A DNA stretch of 64,000 nt from contig NC_092374.1 of NCBI RefSeq assembly GCF_030028105.1, positions 179,941,487 to 180,005,486 on the forward strand, in the 5' to 3' direction. Below the pieces are notes generated by a model. It was not told where the DNA came from, searched no databases, and was given only the letters and a program-made list of their open reading frames with translations. Shown one piece after another: positions 51,646 to 63,518 of this stretch (position 1 is the first letter of the stretch; every line of letters starts with the position of its first letter). Made by a program: the position numbers and the translations under genes. This DNA comes from Mobula birostris (Eukaryota).

Positions 51646-52495
51646 GTACTGCTTTGCAGAGCTTCACATTATACAGCACAGGCACGGGCTCTTAGCGTCT
51701 GACCTCGTCCATGCCAGCCACGCCTACACTGATTCCATTTGCTTCAATTAAGCCTGTTCAGAGGCTCCTAATCTTTTTTATGCCATGGACCCCTACCATT
51801 AACTGAGGGATCTGTGGACCCCAAGTTGGGTACCCCTGCTCTAGAATCACAGAGTGATGCAACACAGAAATAGGCACCCTGGCCCAATTTGTCCATGCTG
51901 AACAAAATGTCCACCAAGCTAGTCCCATTTACTTATGTTTGGTCCATGTTCCTATAGACATTTCTTATCCATGTACCTGCCTGAATGTCTTTTAAACATT
52001 ATCATTAAGACCATAAGACATAGGAGCAGAACTGGCTGTTCAGCCCATCTAGTCTGCTCTTCCATTTCATCTTGACTGATTCATTATCCCTCTCAACCCC
52101 ATTCTCGTGCCTTCTCCTAGTAACCTTTGATCTGCCTCAACTGCTTCCTCTGGAGTCTGATTCCACGTACCCATCTCTGCCTGAGGATGTCCTCAAATCC
52201 TTAAGCTTATGCCCTCTTGTTTCTGTTTCCCTTCCCTAGGCTCCTTTGCTCCTTTTCTATGCAAGTACGTACCCAGTGTCCTTCAAACATTATTTTGTAT
52301 CTACCTCCACCACCTCCTCTGGCGGCTTGTTCCCATTCAGATTAGTTCATTGTCAGCTTCAGGGTGTAATGAAATCCCTTGTTCATGGAGTAAATGGCAT
52401 ACTTGGTAATAATAAATACAGTGATGAGCATAAAACAGCAGAAAGGTACAAAGACTGTAATTCATTGTAATGTCTGACACCTCTGATCTTGTATA

Positions 52496-52790
52496 AAGGC
52501 ATCCGTTAGTCTTGCGAGACCATGGATCTGCACCTGGAAAGTCTTCACTCTCCTGGGCAAGGTTGTATGGAAGACCAGCAGCTGCCCATGCTGCAAGTCT
52601 CCCCTCTCCACCACTCCAATGTTGTCCAAGGGAAGGGCATTAGGACCCATACAGCTTGGCACCAGTGTCATCGCAGAGCAATGTGTGATTAAGTGCCTTG
52701 CTCAAGGACACAACACGTTCCCTCAGCTGGGGCTCGAACTCATGACCTCAGGTCGCCAGTCCAATGCCTTAACCACTTGGCGATGTGCCC
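52496..52790 (-). mobile_element. tRNA-derived SINE with RTE-type tail
   Basis: Minus strand A box gccaagtggttaaggc, B box gagttcgagccc, then gtgtccttgagcaaggcact and a tail shared with 57660-57850. Confidence 0.7.
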
Positions 52791-53115
52791 ACACTCTGAT
52801 CTTTTAAGTTTCACCTTAAACGTGTCAGTCCTTTGTGTTCTGGACACTGCAACCTTTTGGGGGGGGGGGGGAGAAAAAGTATCTCATCTTTTCATCTCCT
52901 AATTTTGTAAAATTACTCCCTACACTCTAGAGATAATAAACCCGCCCTTATCAGATTTTAACTACAGCCCTCCATTGCAGGTAACGTCCCAGTGGATCCT
53001 GCACACTCCCTACAGCTACCACATCTTTCCAGTGGTGTGGTGAGTGGAACTGTATCTGGTGCTCTGAGGTAGCTGGTGTGAGTGAGAGCCGTTCTGAATC
53101 CTCGTTCTGTTGCAG

Positions 53116-53218
53116 GTCCTGGATGAGGAAGCCTGAGACCAGCGTATGTCCCTCACCACCTCCAGTGGCTCAGGATATCCCGAGCAGACGTGCTGCAGCA
53201 ACTTTGATCGCGATGTGA
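53116..53218 (+). other. Possible terminal exon of the tandem-module gene
   Basis: Good acceptor gttctgttgcag|; GC-richer block; the phase-2 frame reads SWMRKPETSVCPSPPPVAQDIPSRRAAATLIAM*, followed by AT-rich sequence. Confidence 0.35.
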
Positions 53219-56200
53219 TGCCAGGCAGTTGGATTATTTATTTTTATATAGATATGTGAACATGTGTTCTGTATTTTTGTAGAAGATTCTAAAGTGAGGG
53301 AAACAACATGTTGGATTTTTATGAACCATTGGTTGTCTCTTTGGTTTCAGTAGTTCTGTTTGATACCAGAGAATGAATGCAGTATGCAACCTGAAGTTCT
53401 TGCTCTCCACTGACATCCTCTGAACAGAAGAAAATCCCCAAAGAATGAATGACAAAAAAATGTAAGAACCCCAAAGCCCCTGCCTCCCTCCTTTCCACAA
53501 GCAGCAGCAATCCTCCTCCTCCTCCCTCCACTTACTGTAGCGTAAAGCATCAGCATCCCTACCACCCACCATGCAAGCAACAGGAAACCCTCAAAGAAAG
53601 ATCATGGTCTATATTACTTCAAAAGCTAACTGTTCACTCCCAACATTTTCGCCATCCCACGGGCACGCTGTCTCATTAACAAGGGAGAGACAGATATAGC
53701 TCCTTCCACAGCAGAGACAACAGTCGCTGGTTCGATGTTAGACAGTCGGAAGCGTTGCTTTTTATTCCTAGTTCCTTGACCCGAGAATCGGTAACAAATG
53801 CTGTCTCACCATCGGATTGTGAAGTTTTATTCCATATTGGTTTATTATTGTCATGTCTTCTGAGATACAATGAGAAACTTTGTTTTGCACTTCCATCGTG
53901 CAGATCATTTCGTCTCATCAGTGCAGTAAGGTAGTACAAGGGAAAAGCAGTAACAGAATACAGTTACAGAGGAAATGTAGTGGAGGCAGAGAATACATGC
54001 AAGGCCATAGCAAGGTGGATTATGAGATAAACCATTCCTCTTCATCCACAACATCTCCATGCAAGACGTACGACAGCAAGAGAACACTGTCCATGGTGAT
54101 TTATTCCCAAGCTGCCTGGTTGGGCGGGGGGGGGGGTGGTGGAAGAGAGAAAATGTTAGGGGTAGGAGGGCTCTTTAGTTATGCTGGCTGCTTTCCTGAG
54201 GTAGTAGGAAGTGTAGACAGAGTCTATGGAGGGGAGGCTAGTTTTCATAATGGACTGAGCTGTGTCCACAACTCCCTACAATTTCTTGTGGTCTTGGGCA
54301 GAGCGGTTACCTTATCAAGCCATGATGCATCGTGATAGGATGTGGTCTTTGTTGCATCTATAAAAGTTGGTGAGGGTCAAAGGGGAACATGCTAAAACAC
54401 TAAGGTATTAAACATTAACAAATCCTTTCCCCTACAGATGCTGCTTGAACCACTGAGATCCTCCTGCAGATTGGTTGTTACTTCAGATTCAACATCCACA
54501 GTTTGCTTCTGTCTGTATATCCCTTAATAACCTTCTTATATCCTCTTCACTCCCTTTTCTGTCTATCTTCATATCATCAGAAAACAACCACACCTTGTAT
54601 GCCTTCATCCAAGTCACTTGCAAGACACTATGCCAGACGGTGTAACACCCAACTGTTACACCTTGTCAACCTGATAAAGACCCTTCAGTGCCTATTTTGT
54701 TTCTGGTAAATTTGATTATAGTTATACGTACCAAGGTACATTGGAAAAACTGTTCTGCATGCTACCCATGCAGATTATTTCACTACAGGAGTGGACTGGA
54801 GCAGTAAAAGGGAAAGAGTAGCAGTGTACACATTAAAGTGTTTTAGAGAAAGTGCAGGCAGATAGATGCAAGGCCGTTATGAGATAAATGTTGAGGGCAA
54901 GAGTCCACCTTATTGTGCTGAGGGATCATTCAATGGTCTTATCACAGTAGGATAAAAGCTGTTCCTGGCTTGGTGATAAAACATGCTTTCAGGATTTTGT
55001 ATTTTCCATCTGATGGGACAGGGGAACAGAGAATGTCTGGGATGGATGGGGTCTTTGATTATGTTGTCTGCTTTACCAAGGTAGTGAGGTGTAGACAGAG
55101 TCCATGGATGGGGAGGCTGGTTTCTGTGATGGATTGAGCTGTGCCAACGTTCTGCATTTTTGTGGTCTCAGGCAGAACAGTGTCGTCAAGCAGTTTTCTA
55201 CCCATGATGATATGATGCTTCCTACATCTTGGGCATTTAATTTCTATAATAATCTTTGAAGTAGCATCTTGTCATCTGTGAAAAGCTGTAAGTATATCCC
55301 TTTTATACACAGCACGTATCAAAGTACTCTGTTAAATTGGTGGACCATATTTTCCTTTTACAAAACATTTTGATGTTTTTATTAGGTTCTACCCCTTAGT
55401 AAAAATGATCAGAGAGGCATAGAGAGAACCTGTATTTACTGAAAGTAAACTTTATTGTCTCAACTAAAAAGCATGTGGCTTTGCAAAGTAACTACATGTG
55501 TGCACACCCACTAGGATTCCCTGACCCTCTATGAATGGTCAATGAAGAGAAAAGGTATTACCTGGAAAAGGTGTCTACATTGGTCAGGCATTATGGTTTC
55601 TGCCCCCAGCCTCGTGCCATTGTTCCCTTCAACTCTGACTGGTTTAAACCAGTCAAACTTGGTGACCGAGACACTGTGTCTAACAAGATTACAGATTGCT
55701 TCTCTGGCAAGCCTGCTCTTTACATAATAAATGGCTGCTCATGAGAATAGTCCCAGGTTTATCAGGTCATCATCTGAAACTCCTTGTGTCCACATTCAAT
55801 TTTTCCAATTAGATTATTCCAGAGCAGGAATCAATTCAGCGTTCACAAAATGGAGGTGGTGGGTGGGGTAGGGGGGGGGGGAGGCTGAAGGGACAGACTC
55901 ACAAAATGACTGCCTCCATTGCCTTCAAGCACATGACAAGAACAAAGACTACTTCCACTGTCCTTGATTCATCCAAATTCACTGATTTGTAAACTGTAGT
56001 TATTTCTGGCCAACAATGTTGACTGTTTATATTCATTTTTATATCAATGCCGATTATTTAATTAATATTAGCTTTTAACATGTTCCTATGGTGGATGTTA
56101 AGCTAACTGCCTCCTTTGAATAAAGGAGTTATGTTTGCTTTTTTCTAATTTAGTTGAATGTTCCCCGAATCCATGACACTTCTGGAAGTTAAAACTTTGA

Positions 56201-57299
56201 AACAGTTAGTATAGCTGTGTTAAACCCATGGCCCAGTGGTTATGACACAGTATGCACAGCTACTGCAGTTTTATTCTACAGACTATTTATTATTCATTCA
56301 AAGGGTGTGAGCTTTGCAAGCTGAGCCAGCATTTAATTGCCTGTCCCCAATTGTCCATGAGGAGCTGGTGAGCTGCCTTTTACAACCACCACAGTCTGTG
56401 AGATGCAGGTATATGTTGAGAGAGTTGAACCATCTAGATTTGTTTCTTTGTGGCCTTTTTTGATGTCTGTTGCAACCAGATAACTTGTGGGGCAATTTCA
56501 GAGGGCAGATAAGAGTCCTGCTGCAGGGCTTTGACCCGAAACATCGATGATTCCTCCCCTCTACCAGTGCTGTCCCAGCTGCTGAATCCCTCTAGCAGAT
56601 TCAGTTACATTGCCTTGTGTATGTAGCAAATGAGACCAGGTAAGAGTGATAGATATGTGACATTAGTGAACCAGCAACTTTACAACCATACAAATTTGGA
56701 ATAATGGCTGTTTGACCCTTCAAACTTGCTTTGCTATTTATAAGATCATAAGAAAATGGAAGCTCCTCCCCACCATTCAATGTGATCGTAGCTGGTCTGT
56801 CATGAACCTCATCTCTTCTGTGCCAGTAGATTGGATCATGGGCAATCCCAATGTAACCCCTTTGAAACCTGCCCCTCCTCTGCTGCCTTGCTTATCAAGT
56901 CCCTATAAACTCTGCCGAAAGGATATTTAAGACTCACTGTCTCTGGCCTTTATGGAAGCTGGATCAAAGGACTTTGAACTCTGAGGTAAAAAGAGCAATT
57001 CTCCTCATTTCTGTCTTAGACAGCCCCTTATCTTGAAACTAACCTTGAGTTCTAGACTCTCCCAAATGCGGAAATGCCTTCTCTATGTCACCCTGTCCAG
57101 ACCCTCACTGTTTCAAATGAAATTGTTTCACTTTTTTAAACTTCAGAAGATATAAATGTATCTTACCCAACTTACGCATTTAAATTATTAAACATCTTTG
57201 AGGATAGGATAGTGGGTATTTTCTCTATCACCTCCACACAACACCTATATGATTGTCTCATGTTAGACCTAGCTGAGGCAAGTGTATTTCTGACAGGAT

Positions 57300-57850
57300 A
57301 TGTGGTTCCAAGGTTGTCAAGCTGAGGAGTGGTAGTGGGGACAAGCTCCCACTACCTAAAAGTGCCCCTCACGGCATGTGCCTCAAATAGCCTCTGATAA
57401 CAAAGTCCGGTGGAACTGTTTCTGCTGACAGGAGAAGGGGCGAAGGCGGGTCCTGGCGCCTTAAAACCAGTGCTTCGGGTAGATGGAGCTCGTCAGCCTG
57501 GGAAGTCAGTCCACCTAAGACAGGGAAAACTCTGATTTCAAACCTCTGCTGCCTTGCGGCCATACCCACTCATGGGAAAGACTTTGAGAGTAAACCCTGA
57601 GGACAGATCCGGAGCTGGAGTCCCTAAGGCAGTCCAACCTCGTTCTGGCAACTCCTGCAACGACACTGGTGCCAAGCTGTATCGGCCCTTGCCCTTCCCT
57701 TGGACAACATCGGTGTGGTGGAGAGGGGAGACTTGCTGCATGGGCAACTGCGGGTCTTCCATACAACCTTGCCCAGGCCTGTGCCCTGGAGAGGACACTC
57801 CAAAGACCTTCCAGGCGCAGATTCATGGTCTCGCGAGACTAATAGATGCC
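57300..57850 (+). mobile_element. Non-autonomous RTE-like element
   Basis: Last 190 bp are homologous to the SINE tail at 52496-52672; no tRNA head. Confidence 0.55.
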
Positions 57851-59934
57851 ACCATGTGTTTGTACTCTGGAGCAAGTCTGTTATCTATTCCGGAGGCACA
57901 AGAGACTGCAGGTACTGGAATGTGGAGCAATGCATGAGATGGTGGAGATGCAGCATCTGTAGGGGCAAATGAACATTGGTGAGTCCATTTGAGACCCTTC
58001 ATCTGGACTGAGAGTGTGGGGGGAGCAGATGGTCAGTAAGTAAACGGTGGAGTGAAGGGGTAGAGCAGGCGATAGGTGGATTCAGGTGAAGTGGAGTGAT
58101 AGGCAGATAGAGGAGGGAAAGAATGGGAATAGTGACAGAAGATGGAGGGGAGAAGGGACACAGTTGGGAGATGGGCAGGTGGAGGCAGACAAAGACAGAG
58201 AAAAAAGCAGTAAAATGAGACGTTGAGCAAGAGAGGACAATCAAGTTAGAAGGGCAGTAGGAAGGTTTGAAATGGCTGCAGGTGGGAGAAAAGCAGGGGC
58301 ACAAAGAGCTAACAGTACTGAACTCTCAGGGAGGTGAGGATGGGAAATGAAAGCAGAGGGAAGGAGAGAGCCTGTGGTTGAACTGCACAGTGAATAGATG
58401 GAATCAGTAGGGGAGGGGCGTAAGTGAGTGATGGTGGGGGAAGAGTTTCTTGGTTTGAGGGAATAGGACCAAAAATGAGGGGATTGGATGGGGATGGGAG
58501 GTAATCACAGATCACACAGGGCAGTTTTCAAGCCAACATTGAAGCTGATAATATTCCCATTGAGTCAAATATTGGTAGGTCTTCATTTGAACTTCTGGAA
58601 AGTAAACCTTTCAATCTGATCGGTGAATCATACCAGTGAGAAGGCAGCCATCTTCACCTCCTTCCTCTGCTGGCTGTTCAATGATCTTTTCGAAAAAAGC
58701 TCGCTAACCTACACTTTCCTTGTAGCCCCATGATCCAGTCCATACCCAGTTCCCTCTAGTGTTTCACAACTAGTAAAGCTGCTCCCTCCTGTGACTCGGG
58801 TTCAATCCCAACAGTGTTTCCAAATTTTGTGACGATGTGAGTTTCCCCAGGTGCTCCTGTTACTCCCACATCCCAGAAATATGTGGGATTTCAGGTTAAT
58901 TGGCCATTGTATATTGCCCTTAGTGAGTGGAAGAATTGATGGGAATGTGGGGACCCTTAGTTATCATTTTTGCAGAGAACTGGCACCTGTTGCCTGTAAC
59001 TTTATTTCTCTGCCCTCCTCTGATCTCTGTGACCTACAATGAGGCTTAATGCGAGCTTGAGGAACAACACCTCACCTTGCAGCCTTCAAGACTCGATTTC
59101 AAATTCCTCAACTTTAAGTAAGTTATGGTTTCATTCTCTCTATCAGAATTGCCTGTTTCAGTCTCTGCTCATTTTCAGTTTTTCTTTCTCTGTTATTACA
59201 GCTTACCCTCTGAGCATGCACTGTGGCCAACATACCACTCTAAGACGCTTCATGTGACCTCAAATGCAATCTAACTATCACATTAACCCATTTAGTCTGC
59301 CCAATTGGAGATGTGCTACCATTGGTGGTGTCAGATTTGTGAGGGCATTGCCAGGACTGGAGCCTGAGTTACAGAGAGAAGTTGGCTCTCCTTGGAGGAG
59401 AGGAAAACTGAGTCAACTTCCAAGGGTGGTCTTTTTAGTAGTGTGATTCACTGATTAAATTGCCAGGTTTCATTTCCAGTAGAAGCCAGAAGGTGAGAGC
59501 CCTGCCAATGTGAGACTCACTGATGGGAAAGCTTTATTGACCTTGATGTTTGTGTGGTAACCGGCTGATATGATAAGCAGCAGATGAGAAATCACCTGTG
59601 ATGGTAAGCATGAACCAGTTGACGGAAATAATGACAATGTAGACATATTGCTACACAGGCAGGCTTGTAGAGTAAGGGACATGTTGAGGTCCCTTGTATG
59701 GAAGTAGGCCATTTGGTCCACCACATCCATGTCAACAAGTAGGCATCCATCTGTATTAATCGAATTCCAAGCACCTGGTCCATAGCCTTTACTTGGGGAT
59801 TCAAGTGTTTGTACAGGTCTTTCAGTGCTGTCATTGACTGCTTTCACCACTCTCTCCGGCAGTGTGTTCCAGGTACTCAGAGCTCTCTGGATGAGAAAGG
59901 TCCCCTCAGATTCCTGCTACATCTCAACATAAAT

Positions 59935-61250
59935 TTATTATAAAGTACGTATGTATATGTCACCATATACAAACCCAAGATTCATTTTCTTGTAGGCATA
60001 GTTAATTAATTCATAATAGAATAATAACCATAATAGAATTAATAAAAGACTGCAGCTACATGGGTGTCCAATTAGGTGCAAAAGACTCAAACTGTAAATA
60101 CAAGAAGAAATCAGGTGGGGTCCCTGATAACGGATGCTGGTTTTTCTGCAACAACATTTCACGTAGATGTGCTCAATGCTGGCAAGGGCTTTATCCACTA
60201 TGGATTGCACTGTATCTACTACCTTTGTGGTATTTTTGGTTCAAGGGCATTAGTATTTCCATACCACACTGTGATGCAGTCAGTCATTATACTCTCCTCT
60301 ACAAATATATAGAAGTTTGTCAAAGTTTTACATGTCACACTGAATCTTTGCAAACTTCTAAGGAAGTAGAGACGCTGTTGTGCTTTCTTCGTAATTGCAC
60401 TTGTGTGCTGGGCCCAGGACAAATCCTCTGAAATAATAACATCAAGGAATTTTAAACTTCTGACCCTTTCTACCTCTGATACTCTGATGAGGACTGGCTC
60501 ATGGACCTCCAGTTTCCATCTTCTGGAATCAATAATCAGCTCCCTGGTCTTGCTGACATTGAGTAAGAGGTTGCTGTTAACTTGAATACGTCAATGGAGC
60601 TGTGCTTAGCCACGCAGTCATAAGAGTAAAACAAGTAGGACAGGGCTAAATATACAGCTCTGTAGTGCACCTGTGCTTATGGAGACCATGGAGGAGATGA
60701 TGTTCCCAATCCGAACCGACTCCAAATGAGGAAATAGAGGATCCAATTGCATGAGGAAGTATTGAGGCTAAGGTCTTGAAGATCAATGATTAGTTTTAAG
60801 GGGATGATGGTATTGAATGCTGAGCTGTAGCCGTTAAAGAACATCCTGATGTAAGGGTATTTGCTGTCCAGATGTTCCAGGGTTGCATATGGAGCCAATG
60901 AGTTGGCATCTGCTGTGGACCTGTTGCTCCGGTAGGCAAATTGAAGTGGTTTCAAGTCACTTCTTAGGCAGGAGTTAAGATGTTTCATCACCAACCTCTC
61001 AAAACACTTTGTCGCTGTGGATATAACTGCTACTGGATGATAGTCACTGAGGCAGGTTGCCACATTCTTCTTGGGTACCAGTATAGCTGAAACCTCAGTC
61101 TGCTGAAGTGAGAGGTTAAAGATCTCAGTCATCAGCACAGGTTTTTAATACTTGTCCAGGTACCCCGTCTGGGCTGGATGCTTTTTGTGGATGCTTCACC
61201 CTCTTGAAGGCTCACTCGATGGCCTTGGAGACTGAAATCATGATCATTGG
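59935..61250 (-). mobile_element. Rex1/Babar LINE, degenerate
   Basis: IFNLSLQQ, VPKK...LSDYHPVA, KCFERLV, LQFAYRSNRST.DA, YSSAFNTI.P, KKAQQRLYFLRSL. Confidence 0.9.
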
Positions 61251-63277
61251 GTCTGTGGGTGCTCTTTCCCTTTACCCTAAGTCTGTGCCCTCTAGTTTTA
61301 TCTACCTCTAGATGAAAGTTTCCTTCAGTCTACCGTATTTCTACCCCTCAAAATTATGTACCTCAGATATCCCCTCTTAACCTTCCTCGCTCTAAGGAGA
61401 ACAGACCCAGGTTTCTCCTGATCACTGAAACATTTCATTCCTGGTGAATTTCGCTGATTCGTCCTTTCTGCAGTGTGGTGACCAGAATTGCATATGGGTC
61501 TGGGGTTTATTAAGCTGCCACATAACATCCTTGTTCACAGTCTCACTCCATCCTGTGTATATATCCAACACAAAGACAGCTACTGCTTTATACCATTTCA
61601 TCTTTTCCTTGGATAGCAGCCATGTTGTCTTGTATGCTAGTAATATGGTGCATGGAATAGGAGTAATACCCTTCTGACAAATTAGAACCATTTAGCCACG
61701 ACTGTTGAAATTTCATTGTTGCTTTGAGAGAGCAGTAATTTTCCATTCAGTTGATTGTCATACTGTAGGTTAATTTTGTTTTATAGTTACATGTAAAACA
61801 ATTTACAACATTACAACATTTACTACACTTCTCAAAGGGTGTAAAGCACTTTGTAGCATCTGTACAGCTTTCTGCAGATGCAAATTTGTCTCTTACACCA
61901 AATCTTTTCTGTTTTCACTCTCTGGTCTTTTGTGTCTCACTTTTCCCCTTGTTCTCTCTTTCGCTAGCCCCTTCTTTCTCTCTTGTATAAAAATCACAAA
62001 TGCCGGAGATACTCTACAGAGCAGAGAAACACAGTTAATATCACAGGTCTGGACTCAGGCTTCATTTTGTCTTTACTTTTACCTCTCTTGCTTTTCGTGC
62101 TTTTGGATATGTTAGTTTCCTTTCCCTCTATCTTTGCTTTCTTTGTCTCGCTCTGACCTTCCCCACCCAGTTTTCATAATGCCAATTACACTGAGCACTA
62201 AGAAAAAGGAACAAAAGCAGATGGAAGTTAATTCTGATGTGCAATGTGATGAGTTTTGCAAAGACCATGAATGGTAGCATCCTTCGGAGTACTGGTGCAT
62301 GGCTTTAATTATTGTTATATGTACAGAGGTAGAGTGCTGGGGGGGGGGGTGCTGTGCTGCATGCGACCCACACAGATCATTTCATTGTAAAATTGTTTTC
62401 AAGTAGTACAAAAGGAAATACTAACAGAATTGCAGAATAACGTGCTACAGTTATAGATAAAGTCCAGTGTAGGCACGCAATTAAAGTGCAAGGTCATGAT
62501 GAAGTAAATTATGAGTTCAAGAGTCCAACTTATTGTGTATGAGTCCACTAGTCATATAACAACTGGAGAGAAGCTGGGCTTGAGCTGTCTTTTTCCTCTT
62601 CCTTTGCTCTTTCTGCCTCTTTTTTTTCATTTCCAGCTTTCATAAAATCAATTACTTTGGGCAATGTAAATAAAAGTAGAGGGAGGTTAATTCTGATGTG
62701 CAAGGGTGACTCATTTTGAGAGGACCAAAAGGATAGGAGAACATAAACCATGAATGATATGGCCCTTGAGAATCCTAAGGAGCAGAGGGGCCTTGGTGTA
62801 CACAGCCAAGGATCCCAAGAGATGGCATGACAAGTGGTGAAGGCGGCAGTTGATATTCTTTCTTTATCTGGGACATAGACTATACATGTAAAATAGGTCA
62901 CATTATAGAGCTTTAGGGTACAGAATCAGATTTATTATCAGTGACATTTGAGATGAAATTTGCTATTTTGGGGCAGCAGTACAGTGCAAAGTCATAAAAT
63001 TGCTATAAATTGCGCAATAAAGAAAGAATGTAAAATAAAATGAATAACAAACTAGGGTTCATGGGTTTATGAGGGCTCAGGAGATGAAACTGTTCCCAAC
63101 TCATTGAGTGTGTAGGTTTAGTGTAAGTAGTAGTAGGAGGTTCAAAAATTTATTTAATATCAGAATATGTATACAGTATACAACCTGGAATTCTTACTCT
63201 TGACAGACATCCACGAAACAAGAAACCCCACAGAACCAATGATAAAAACACCAAAACCCCAAAGCACCCATCCCTGC

Positions 63278-63518
63278 AATACACACAAAATGCTGGAGCA
63301 TTTCACCAGGCAGGCACCATTTTTGTAAAAGAATAAACACTCAATGTTCCGGGCTGAGACCCTTCATCAGGACTTCTTTATACACCCTGATGAAGGGATT
63401 CTGTCCAAAACGTCTTCTTTACTCATTTCCATAGATACTGCTTGGCCTGCTGAGCTCCTGGAGCATTTTTTTGTAGCGTTGCTTGGACATCCAGCATCTG
63501 CGGATTTTCTTGTGTTTG
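63278..63518. mobile_element. Fold-back Penelope-terminus element with two opposed hammerhead-like cores
   Basis: cccttcatcagg ... cctgatgaaggg inverted pair inside long inverted arms; GAAA positions mutated. Confidence 0.7.

Noticed and set aside
52700-52790. tRNA gene
   Set aside because: A/B boxes are present, but it is a SINE head followed by a repeat body and has no clean cloverleaf.
53219-53350. SECIS element supporting selenocysteine at TGA 50731
   Set aside because: ATGA/GTGA occurrences lack a matching GA quartet and apical AA by eye; a formal scan is still needed.
58560-58760. Possible minus-strand exon (RAFFEKIIEQPAEEGGEDG...)
   Set aside because: No polypyrimidine acceptor, short frames and no recognisable homology.
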